NCBI GenBank assembly: GCA_050084515.1
Contig: CM114271.1
Location: forward strand, 19,530,001 to 19,594,000
Reading direction: 5' to 3'
DNA length: 64,000 nt
Source of the DNA: Blasia pusilla
Lineage: Eukaryota
The position numbers and the translations under genes are program-made. Position 1 is the stretch's first letter. Every line of letters starts with the position of its first letter. This document shows, piece after piece, positions 27,496-38,794 of the stretch. The notes beneath the pieces are model-generated. The model made no database searches, had not been told where the DNA came from, and saw nothing but the letters and a program-made list of their open reading frames with translations.

Positions 27496-28214
27496 TATCG
27501 TGCGAATACACATCGCTGCCAATATACATCGACTGTCATGCACACACATGTCTAAGATTCATCTAGTTATGAATCCTAACACTCTACACATGAACGATTG
27601 GACAACCCCAATATAAAGTTGAATACCCATTGTAAACTCTGATGGAATCTGCTATGAACCGTGCTTCATCCAAACAGCCATACTCATGATTCGGATACAC
27701 ACTGGTGAAACAACAAGAGAAAGTATACAGAAGGATTCCCAAAAGGTGTGATCTCCTTATTGATCACTCATTGCCCACTCTTCAAGAGAGAATCCAGGCT
27801 GAATACATGCAAGCCGCGCTGTATCACGGATCCCAACAAGGGTCTACAATCCTAAGGAGATAAGCTCCAAATAAGTCTCATTCGAGGTATACCCCCCCTG
27901 GGCACCTCCATGGGTGACCTGTACACACAGGTCACTTCCTCCCAGCAGGTCACCAATGACCTGTAGTACCTAAGTACTGACTCCTTCACAACTTCATATG
28001 TGGTCCCCTCATGAGACCAACTACCAACTAACCCATGATCCTTTAGGTTCAAGTGGATCCATAGATGGTTGGGAAGGTCAACATGTCCAAGGTTGCCACT
28101 CCTCATAAAGGGAAGGGTGACCTACACTCGTAGGTCACCTCCTATGACTAGGTCAAATATGATCTTTCAAAATAGGAAAATACTATCTCGTCCTATGCCT
28201 CATCTACCGTGACA
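27496..28214. mobile_element. 719-bp non-coding element related to the termini of the DNMT-PHD element, followed by a truncated head-to-tail second copy (28217-28290)
   Basis: Left end t(a)tcgtgcgaatacacatcgctgccaatatacatcg and right end atctcgtcctatgcc...ccgtgaca. Carries GGTGACCT-arm palindromes. A second left end starts at 28217 after the 2-nt spacer gt. Confidence 0.65.
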
Positions 28215-28386
28215 GTTGTCATGCGAATACACGTCGCTGCCAACATACATCAGTTGTCATGCACACACGTGTCTTAGATCCATGTGACGTTGTCGTGTCG
28301 AGAGCCTTTCTTCGAGTAAGGGCAGGCCTTCTAGCTACGGCAGACGCGGTGGATGTAAGATGAACTCTCTGAGAAGATCTTCTTTT

Positions 28387-28587
28387 TCAATATAAAATTA
28401 TTATGTATACTCTCCATTCTCTCACGACAGGTATCACAAATGGAAGTGCCGAGGCGATCACTTCTTCGTAATATCGGACCTCAAAATTCCTAACTATAAA
28501 ATCCCTATAAACTATTTTACGCTCGTATACGAGGAAGATAGCATAACTAGTATTAAACCCTACTTGAGATGGCCTATTGACGTCCAT
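28387..28587 (-). CDS. Small LTR-encoded ORF B (66 aa), apparent paralogue of ORF A
   Basis: Intact ORF directly downstream of ORF A, sharing a F..(F/Y)..EV......(V/I)(I/L)P(I/V)V...W pattern. Homologue at about 15780-15900. Confidence 0.45.
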   Translation of the reverse strand: MDVNRPSQVGFNTSYAIFLVYERKIVYRDFIVRNFEVRYYEEVIASALPFVIPVVREWRVYIIILY

Positions 28588-28593
28588 GGATCA

Positions 28594-28812
28594 TTATATA
28601 AGGACATATAAAGTACAATCCCATGTCCTTCCATATGTGACGATAGGAAGGATCACCGGAGTCGGTGATTTAATGACCTCGTTCATGAACGCCTCCCCAA
28701 AGGGATAAACTAAATAGCGAGTGAACCAGTGCCTATCTACAAAGAGTATCTTGACATGGTATGGATTAAGGAAATGAAAGTTGGGCATAACTCGTGCTCC
28801 ACCCCTATCCAT
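28594..28812 (-). CDS. Small LTR-encoded ORF A (72 aa), unknown function
   Basis: Intact ATG-to-stop ORF. Its homologue at 15490-15690 differs largely at synonymous positions. Confidence 0.5.
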   Translation of the reverse strand: MDRGGARVMPNFHFLNPYHVKILFVDRHWFTRYLVYPFGEAFMNEVIKSPTPVILPIVTYGRTWDCTLYVLI

Positions 28813-29625
28813 GCTTGACAGACATTCTCTACTCTCCTCAAGAATGGGTTTTGGCGGAGCAAGCCACTCTCATTGGGGAAGTAGCAAGCCAAAATATTCA
28901 CTATTTTAGAATGACTAAACTCCTCTAAGGTGACAAAACTCTCATCTCCACACACACACATCACACTCTAGAAACCTCTCGAAGAATAGACAATGGTCAA
29001 GTTACTCTCCCAAGAGAGGTGATCCATTCTCATCGGAAGAGCAAGCAATCCCAAAGTCATACATTCAAGAGTGACACGAAAGACTCAAGATGTGGAATAG
29101 AAGGTGATGAACTCTTGAAGGTCCCTTCTTTTTATATGTTCACAAAAGACCCACAAGAGTATGAAATGGAGCTAATCTTATCTTGTGCCACATGGCTTCC
29201 TCTCAAGGCTTAGCCAATCACATTTTGACACAAGTAGATTTCCTCTTATCTCTTCCAAAATATCCTCTTTTACCCACTTGATATTTTCCAAATTACCCCA
29301 ACTAACCTAGCCACCAACCAAGCCTACTTTTGCTTTTCATTAAAGCACAAATCTCACTATTTTACTTTTATAAAGTCATCTTTTATTTATTACCTCTTTT
29401 CTAAAGTTGGGCCCGCATAAAAGAGGCACCATAAAGAGGTTTAAACATGGGAATTTCCTTTTCCTAAGCTAATTTATTTAATCCAAATAAAACTCTATCT
29501 AACACTTAACGAGGAAGGAGTTTACACACTAGCTGATTTTACTATACGACATTCACCCCCTTCAAACCTGCACATCCTCCGATATGTGCCGAAAATATCG
29601 AGACTTCTTGCTATTTTACTCAAAC

Positions 29626-32610
29626 TTATTTTTTTTGTGCCTCTAGACACATTGAATCGAAATCAAGAAATCCCTCATGTCTACGGAAAATCTTGACCCT
29701 TTTTCCTGCAATTGACAGCTTGAGAATTGTGCCATCTAGTGCACGTAGTTTGTAAGTGGCATTGTCAAAAGCAAAGACTACAACGTATGGACCAAACCAA
29801 CGACGTGCAAACTTCTTAATTGTACTATGCTGGTTGTCGAGGCTATTGTCGTGCACCAAGACCCAATCTTCTTCTCTTATAGGCTCCTTCCGAAGTCGAT
29901 GCATTTTGTCGAAGCGCTCCTTATTTTTCAACCTTGCTTCCTTCATTTTGACTAATGCTTCTGCAATATCTTCTTCCCGCCGCTCTAGCTTGCGCATTCG
30001 GAGTGCTAGGAGCTCTTTCCTATCGAGCCCGTCTTCCCACGGCAAACCCATCAAAGTGGGTATATCTCCTTCTGCTGGCAATATCGGCTTTTGACCAGTT
30101 ATCAACTCTGTAGGCATGAACCCTGTAACGGTGCTGTGAGTGGTTCTATCTACCCATAAAGAAAATGGAAGCAATCTAGGCCAGTCAGCATAACGATCTC
30201 CACACGGCTTTACCAATGCTTGAATAATTGGCGCATGTCCCCTTTCGCTCTTTCCGTTTGCCTTCGGATTCATGGAGGTTGTTAATCTCAACTGGACTCC
30301 ATATCTCTTGGAGAACTCTCGTGCTTCCGCTGCATTCAACTCACCTCTATCTGCACGGATTCTCCCGACACTCCCATATCGAGCAACAATATCCTCTAGA
30401 ATAAAACGACATATAGGCTCTGTTGTTTTAGCTCGTAAAGCCCTCCCTTCTACAAAGTTGGACAACTCTTCTCGTGCTAGGACCAAGTAACGTATTCCCC
30501 AAAGACCTAGTGGCATAGCAACTAGATCTATAATCCATTGATGATGAATAGACAAAGGATATGTGGGTTTAAGTCCATCTCTCACCCTGATTTTTTTATT
30601 GAAACTGAAATTCAACACATGACCCAACATATCTCTTAACATCCTTATATAGGTCTTTCCACCAATACCTCTCTTTTATCTTGGTGAAAGTTGCCCAAGT
30701 ACCTCTGTGTCCTGCCCATAAAGAATTGTGGAATTCTTTGAGCACTTGCATTTTTGTCCCATTGTCATCCACCACCCTCAAGGGCATTCCATCTTTCCTC
30801 TTTGGCCTTTTCCAAAGATACCCATCTTGTAGTAGATAGCCATACGCCTTATGCGGAATCTCCTTGAAGAACTTGTCTGTCCACCCTCCGTCTCTTTGCA
30901 GAGTGCTTAAATAGCGCCCAATTTCTTTTAACTTGCCCTCATACAAATTCTCTTTGAAGGCTAGAACATCCTCTATGCCACCTCGTTCTTGAGATAACAC
31001 TTGCCACACATGTGCATCATCCTCATTTATCTCACTTGCCTCCATATCTTCTTCTTGACTAAATCTAGCTCTAGACAATATGTCAGCTACTGAATTCTCT
31101 TTCCCAGCTATATGCTTCAATTGTGGATTCAAGGACCTAATGTAGGCTATCCAACGTAGCATGGCTATATCTGGAGTCGTACAATTCTCAATCATACCCA
31201 ATAGAGGTAGAAAATCAACCTCAAGCAATGCATAGGCTCCCATAAGATACTCCTTCTCAGCTTTCATTGCAGTTACAACTCCCCAAAGCTCCCTCTTTAT
31301 CTGAGGGTACCTCCTCTATCGCTCCATGAGTGTACGAGCTCCAAACCTTGTTGCAAATCTTCTTCCTTCTGCATTGTCGTGCCCAACTGCCCACCCGATA
31401 GCAATAGGTCTAGTGTCCACTGTGATGATAATCGGTCTTCCGCATTCGTAGCTCATTTGTTATAGAAGTGGTGGCGACTTCAATGCCTCCTTCAACTGCA
31501 TCCTTGTTGCTCTTTGCTTCTTCTCCCAAGTGAACTTCTTCTTCTTTCTCAACAGCTCATACAAAGGATCAGATATGTGGCCAAAATGAGGAATCCACAT
31601 CTGATAAAACACACAAGCTCCTAAAAACCTTCTCACTTCGGTGATGTTTTCGCATTCTCGTATCCTCTCGATAACATCAACTTTTGCTGGATTTGGTTTT
31701 CGGCCAAACTCTCCACAAAGATGACCCACTACCACAATCTGAGGAACTCCAAAGCTACACTTTTCTCCAGAAAGAGTAAGATTGATCTCTTCTAGTCTTG
31801 TTAGGATCATATCCACATCAAGAATATGATCAGACACAAACTTTCTACATCCATCTTTCACAACCCTCTCAATCCTATCTTCTATTGCACATCCCTTTAT
31901 AAGAATATCATCTACAAAAGGAATGGTCTTCTCAGGAATGAACTCTCTCAAGATTTTATTCATTGCACTCTGCATGTGAGCGACACAATTTGTTGCTCCT
32001 TGAGGTAATGTGCACATTCTTATAAGCCCAAGTGGAGTACGCATAGTGGTAATATCTCTACTCTCGATAGCTAATTGGAATTGATCATATCCCGAGTGCA
32101 AATCTCCTATCGAATAGATAGCACGGGCTGCAAAAGCTTTGCGACTTCATCTATTCTAGGCCCCGCTCCCATATTTCGAATGGTTACCTTATTTGTTGGT
32201 TGCATATCTTGAATGAATTGGAGAGCTCCTGATTTCTCCGGCACAGTGAACCATCGACTCCAGTAAGGCCCCATAGATGGCTCTAAGAAACCAATCTGCA
32301 TCTTCTCCTTCAATAACTCAATCAGCTTGGGAATCATAGCTCGTGGTACTGGTATGGGTTTCAAATCGCAAGGCACATGTGGAATTGTGAAAATTACCAT
32401 CGGTGCTACCACACTCGTGTCTACACAACCAATTTCTTGTGTAGTAAAAGAGAAGGCCTTACCATGTCTCCGTAACATCTCCCGAAAACTTTTCCTTTCA
32501 ATTTTTGTGAGAAACTCATCCCCTCCAATTTGCAGACGATCTAGCGTCTCTTCTGTGAACTTATGTCCTATCTTCCTCACATCCGGCAGACTTGGCTCCA
32601 TTGATGCACG
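29626..32610 (-). mobile_element. Ty3/Gypsy pol fragment (RT, RNase H, integrase), 5'-truncated, non-chromoviral
   Basis: RT LPQGATN and PFVDD. Integrase H-H-C zinc motif (FHNSLWAGH), IIDLV, ADRGE, NGKSERG and WFGPYVV. Several frameshifts and stops. Confidence 0.93.
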
Positions 32611-32629
32611 TTCTACTTGTCTCCCACAA

Positions 32630-32790
32630 CCAGGCGACGGAGCTATGGTCCCTTGCCTTCTAAGTGTAACCCAAGCCTCTCATTAGGAGAGTGGGTTTGG
32701 TTTGACATTGAGAGAGATATGTGAGAGTATACACATGTGAGAACTATGATGTTCTGTGAGAGATTGGATCTTATTTTACAAAGAGAGAAT
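32630..32790. repeat. Dispersed repeat shared with 53410-53540
   Basis: gacggagctatggtcc...gtgtaacccaagcctctcattaggagagtgggtttggtttgac is near-identical at both loci. Confidence 0.8.
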
Positions 32791-33511
32791 GAGTGAGTGA
32801 GAGAGCTTCATGGGGGAGCTTGTTGGTTGCTCGATGTTTGGTACAGGTTGGATTTAGGGTTTAGCGCCCGTGTTCCCCGCTTCATGGCTCATGGGAGTGC
32901 TCACCGGAGCAAGAGCTGTGTGAGTTTGCTGTTTTACTTTGCTGATTTTTTGTATGGGAGAGTGGCACGCGGAAGCGCTGCCCAATTTTTGATAGGAATT
33001 GAGTATGGGGGCGGATTTCTCCATGCCAATGCTCGCGAGAGCACCATGTAGCTTGTTGATTTGTGTTCTCACAGGTTTTACATTTTCGTTGGGAGAAATC
33101 AACGCGGAAGCGCTACGGAATTTTATGTAGGAGAACGAGACGTTGGGCTTTACAATAGTCCTAGTCAAATTTTACTGGAATGTCCAATCCAAAATATTTT
33201 TTAACACCATTGTAGATTGCAAAGTTGTGCACGTTGTGCATTAGACAATGTATAATTTGGAGTTGCGAGCAAAAAGTTATGATCAATCTTGCAAAATTGC
33301 TATTGTTAGGCGATTTTTATGGTTAAATTGTTCAAACCCTAAAACAGCCACCGTGCCGGCGGCGGCCGTCGCCATCACAGTCACCGTCAATGTTCTGCCG
33401 TTAAAGGTCAACTGTCATTGTCACCGTCAACGGTCCATCGTCGGCTGCCGCCGCCGCCGCCTAACGTTGCTCAGAGCCGCGTTCGGCCGTTGTCCATCCT
33501 TGGTTGCCATT

Positions 33512-33634
33512 GCCGCCATAACGGAGTGGAGAAGGTCTTCCATGATGACCGTTAATTCTCTGACTTGCGTCGCCATTACGGAGTGTAGAGGATCTTCCAC
33601 GATGACCGTTGATTCTCTGACTTGCGCCGCCATT
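33512..33634. repeat. 57-bp tandem duplication in a GC-rich (GCCG-rich) region
   Basis: gccat.acggagtg.aga.g.tcttcca.gatgaccgtt.attctctgacttgcg occurs twice. Confidence 0.8.
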
Positions 33635-35107
33635 ATGTACTTTGTTTAGGCCGCCATCGTCATTGCAGTTTTGTCATCAATTAGTGATGGCAGGTGACCT
33701 CGGGTTATGGTGTTTGAGTTTTCATTTCATGCTACTATGTTGTGATTGGTAGTCGCTCGACGACGATCGAGTACCGGGCCGTAACGCTCGTAGTCGCAAC
33801 GCGCCGTTGATTGCCGTGTCGTGCCGCTCGTGGCCGCACCGCACCGTCTCAATCGCGGAGCCGCTCCTTCACTAAGGAGCAGAGCGTGTGAATTTCTGAT
33901 TGAGGAGGGTATGCCGCCGAGTGCCGCACCCCATTCCCGAGTGCCGCACCGTTTGTAGTTGTTTCGTGCCGCCATTGTTGCACCGGACCGCTAGACCTGC
34001 ATCGCACATCGAGGAGGTTTGAGCAGCGTCAGTACGAGAGAAGTACGACTTGCTCATTGGAGGAGTTGTCTTCACGACTGAGTTGGGGTTGAGATTTGTA
34101 GTTGCCGAGGAGCGACATCGACATTATTTTCAGGTTACCCATTCTGGTCTCTTATCCTACACATGTGAGGGATTTTCGGGTATTGGGAAAGTGCCCAACC
34201 ACCTAGAAATAACATCGACCATCTCTATAGCTCTAGACATTGTAACAAAATAATCGTGACGCCTTCCACCGACACCAGGCCATGGAGTTACAGGAAAAGA
34301 ACGAGTCTCTTCCATTATCTAAAAATTACGGCAATAAATACGCCCAGTCATTTCTTTATTACCATCATACTCTCTCAACATAAGAATAGTTGGTTGAACT
34401 GCAACAAACAACTCCTCACCCTCCATCCAAAAATCGTGATTGGCCACAGTAGTCTCAATCTCTTGTGCCTTCTCCCTTTGTCTCGCATCCCTGCCATTGA
34501 AATACTCCCTAAAAGCATTGGTGGCAACCATGGCATGGAACGCCTCCCTCAATTCTAAGACGCGTCCCAACATGATAAAATTTGTCGTAAAGCGTGTATT
34601 TGCAAGAAGCAACAATCGTCTCTTCATTGGATTGGTTTCCACGAATTTGGCCATCATCCAAGTTCTAGTCTTGACAAATACTACCATCTCACAAGCTTGA
34701 GCAAAAAATCCTGTCCAACCAAGGCCATTTACCCCACTCTTCGCAGACTAGATCAAGAGAATGTGATACACATCCATCCCAAAGAATATGAGGGAACTTT
34801 GTTTCGATAAGTTTTTCCTTCTGCTTGGTCATTGTTAGCATTGTCTGTCACAAGTTGTAACACATTCTCTAGACCAATGCGCATGATAGTCATTGTCGTG
34901 CGCAGACATATCGCTAAACAACATACATCGCTGGTCACATCTACACCACACAACACCGATCTTCCCCACACACAGGTCGATCTACACATGTACAAAAATC
35001 AACTCATACATATACATGGAGATCACACAACCGCCCCCCTAGTTGGCAGTTGGATCCCCCTAACTTTAGATAGAAACCATCATATCTCTCTGACATGACC
35101 TACTACC

Positions 35108-35260
35108 CTATATACATCTCGGACACATCCATCGTCCCGTGGGAACCACATCAAGAGGAGGGGTCAAACATGACATATGCCACCCTCGGGAACAACCATC
35201 ACATACCAACATGGTGGCTGCATCCCTCGCAAATCCGCACAACATACACCTCAAGCCTGC
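35108..35260 (-). CDS. PHD finger at the integrase C-terminus (domain of the decayed element polyprotein)
   Basis: CMLC...MLVCDGCSRGWHMSC...VPTGRWMCPRC matches the C4HC3 pattern with the conserved Trp. Confidence 0.93.
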   Translation of the reverse strand, partial: AGLRCMLCGFARDAATMLVCDGCSRGWHMSCLTPPLDVVPTGRWMCPRCI

Positions 35261-38200
35261 AGGTACCATTGCCAAGCTCGGATCCACCGTCCCATCTATG
35301 TTCGAAAGATGACATGGTGCACAATTGCGCACATGATCCTTCCAAACCATACCATCCCATCCCTCCAACATGAGGGATAGGATGTGTAAGCTCATGTGCG
35401 CGAGGTATTACCGATCGGAGCACACGTAGGATCGTGCGCCCTCCAGTGACAACTAGCGTCGTGGGTGCCGCTTGCTATAAATACACATAATCTCCAGGAT
35501 GAAACCTCCTAATCCCTGGACAATAACCTCCTCCACGAATGGTCGCGTACCTCAATGTATCTCTATCCTGAGCAATAGCTAAGTTCTCAAAGGCCATAGG
35601 CATAACTCTACGAAAAACCTCCGCCCTCCGAGAATATCCTTGTATCCACACATATGGATCATCAAGATCTAACACCTCCGCCATGTCACGTCAAATTGCT
35701 GCAGGTAAATCTTGCTCTCTCCCAAAGAGCAAAAAGTATGGTGAAAATGACGCCAAGGATGCCTACCGACTAAAGCGATAATCCATAGCCAACCATGGCA
35801 ACTGTAGGTCCCACTCCCGCAATTGTCCCCGGTACAAGCCATACTTGCGCAATCCTCTCTTCACCGTCTGTACCACTCTCTCCGCCAACCCATCCGCCTC
35901 AGGATGATCTCTGGACGTGGTGCGGTGATCTATTAGCGCCTGGTCACACAAGGCCTGAAACTCTCCCCTAAACTCGGTACCCTGGTCAGTCAACACCTCC
36001 GCCGGTGTACCAAAGTGACTAAACACACAATCTAGAAATGCATAGGCTGTTCCCTCGCTCGCCTTGTTCGGTAGTGCCACCAACTCCACTTGGAGAAATG
36101 CTCCACCATGACCAACTTGTACCTATGATGACGCCTTGTCAATGGCAAAGGTCCCGCAAAGTCTAAACTCCACCGATAACCTAAACCCATAATAGGCAAC
36201 GGATGTAACTGCATAGTGGGAGCATTGAACGATGCTCGGACTCTGTCACATACCATACATCTGGCCACAAACTGTTGTACCCCAGTATGCATGTCGCGCC
36301 ACCAATATTGAACCTGGAGTAAGCTGTAAGTACGCTTTATTCCAAAATGTCCCAACTCTTCATGGGCATGTCGCACTACACGTGCTCGCTAGGAAGGATG
36401 AGGTACCACTCGTATCCTACCACCTCCCCATACCCGCAAAATATGAGTCCCCTTCCACCTGAACCTCCTGGCTCTCTGTAGGATCTGATCCCGCTCCCTA
36501 GCACTCACTGTGCTCGCTATGACGCCAGTGCACAAGAACTCCCCAACCTCCACGTCGTCATGGATATCACGATCGACCACCTATCGCCTCATCACTAACC
36601 TCCCGATCCAAAGACTCATCATCCAACCCCACCACTGGAGTCACCACCTATGGCTGACCTACCATAGTCAACCAACAAAGATAGGCAGATGCATGCCAAC
36701 CGGGCACCATCTCCTCATCACTCTCACCGTGCCATCGAGCTCCCGTGTCGTCTCTCTGACTCAGACATGGGTTACGACTCAACCCATCCACATCCTAGTT
36801 CAGCCAACCTGGCCTATGAACCACCTCAAACTCATACTCATGTAGTAATAGAGCCCACTTGGCAAGCTTTCTCGTAAGCTTGTCGGACTCCATCAACCAC
36901 CTCAACGGCTGATGATCAGTGATAAGTGTGAAAGGGTTGCCAAATAAATAGCACCTGAAATGTGCCACGGCCCACACTGCAGCCAAGCACTCTCCCTTGT
37001 AGGAGCTGTACTTTGCCTCTGCAATTTTTTTTATCGGCTCGCGTAAGCCACAACGAACTCCCTCTCCTCATCATCCCTCTGAGTAAGCACTGCTCCTAGA
37101 CCCAACATGCTCCAATCCGTATGTAACTGGAATGGGCGACCCCTAACCGATCTCTGTAAAATGGGTGAGAACGTCAACCTGTCCTTGAGCTCCTGATCAT
37201 CTCCCCACAACCAAACCTGATCAAGTCTCCTCAACAAGGTCAAAGACTTTGCGATCGCACTAAAACCCTTGACATACCGTCGATAGAAGTTTGCCAGTCC
37301 AAGAAATGCTCGGACTCGACTCACATCTGTAGGGCGTGGAATCTGCGCAATAGGCTCTACCTTCGTCTGCTAAACGCCTAACCCACTCAGGTATATGGTG
37401 TGTCCCAATTACTCAATAGGCTCCTGAAAGAAATCGCACTTGCCTGGATGTAACTTCAGTCCATGTAACTCCAATCGCCGAAACACCTCCTCCAGGTGTC
37501 CCTCATGCTCCTCAACAGTGGAATTGAAGATAAGAATATTTTCTATGTAACATCGTACAAAATCCAAACCAGCTAGAATCCTATCCATCACTCTCTGAAA
37601 CTTTGCAGGTGCGTTCTTCAACCCAAATGGTAAGAACCGCCACTGATACAAGCAATCTCTCCCGAACCGATCTATCCCCCAGAATGTTTTCTTCTCCCTG
37701 TCCTCCAACCTGATAGGAAGCTGATGATAGCCAACACGGAGATCTAACGTACTGAAGATCTTTGCATGCCCTACCGCATCAAAGATCTCCTCAAGAGTAG
37801 GCATGGTGTACCGATCTGACCTCGTCTATCAGTTGATAGGACGGTAATCTCCACACATCCGCCTATCCGTCCAATTGCCATACATATCCTTCTTTTCCGG
37901 CATGACTGTGGCAGATGCATACTCCCCATGTGATAACTCCACAAGTCCTACCTCCAACAAGTCGTGACTCTTGCTTTGAATCAAGGCTCGCTCCATAGCG
38001 GGATACCTGTAGGATCAACGAAAGATCGGCGTATCAATTCAATATCTCGGGACCCTTCAGCGTACCCAAGTCTCTCATATTGAAGGCAAAACAACTGACA
38101 TGCCCTCTTTGAAACCTAGGAACTCGCCGTCGCTCTCCTCCTATCAACTTGAGACCTATCACAGGCTCCCAAGTCTCCATCGTGACCTCACTCGGAGAGG

Positions 38201-38364
38201 ACGCAACCTCCGGCTTTTATTTCTATGTAGCAACCCTAGCCACCTCCGCAATAGCCACTCCACTCTGACCTCCTACACCATGCTCCACATCCGAAAAATG
38301 AACATGTGCTACTCTAGCCGCCTTCGCACTCTATACTCAAACGACGTCCTAGGAAGTCCATGGT

Positions 38365-38794
38365 TGTTGGATTCTCAACATCCACTTCTCTAAGCACCAT
38401 TAATCTGATCGGCCCCCTTGTATGAGGAGAAGCCTAGATTGATGGTTCCGACTTAGACGTCGAAGGAGTCATAGTAATATGACGTAGGTGGTTTGAGGAG
38501 TAGCGTTACTAGGTTTATCTAACCCTATATTGCATCAGGGTGTGGGGCACCCTGATGCAATATATGCAAAATGTTTCTATTAATAGAAACGAAGAAAAAT
38601 AGGTTAAAATCCTAGTTTTCCCTAGTAGTCAAATAGTCGGGAGCCGCAGCAGTAGCGCATTCTCGTATGTCGAGTTATCTCCTAGTTCAGGTTCCATCGA
38701 AGCTCTTCTGTGAGCGCACGGACAGACTAGGCCACTTTGTATCTCTAAGTTTTGTAAAGATTTCAATGATTTCCTCACTTTCTATTTTCTCACA
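38365..38794. mobile_element. Solo-LTR-like insertion of about 430 bp in copy 2
   Basis: Absent from copy 1 at the homologous site. Ends TGTTGG...CTCACA with near-duplicated flank CATGG. Internal hairpin at about 38526-38564. Confidence 0.7.

Larger units (their letters stand above)
28291..29551 (-). mobile_element. 3' LTR (1261 bp) of the Gypsy element whose pol lies at 29626-32610
   Basis: Termini TGTCGT...ACGACA, immediately preceded on the minus strand by the polypurine tract GAAGGGGGTGAA (29552-29563) downstream of the integrase stop. Confidence 0.8.

Noticed and set aside
28387-28812. B3-domain assignment for the LTR ORFs
   Set aside because: Only a superficial GRTW similarity. The internal two-repeat structure does not fit a single B3 domain.
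34894-35095. A ~200-bp 3' block beginning TGTCAG after a purine-rich stretch, as a conventional 3' LTR
   Set aside because: No matching copy exists at the 5' end of either element, although both are bounded by TSDs.
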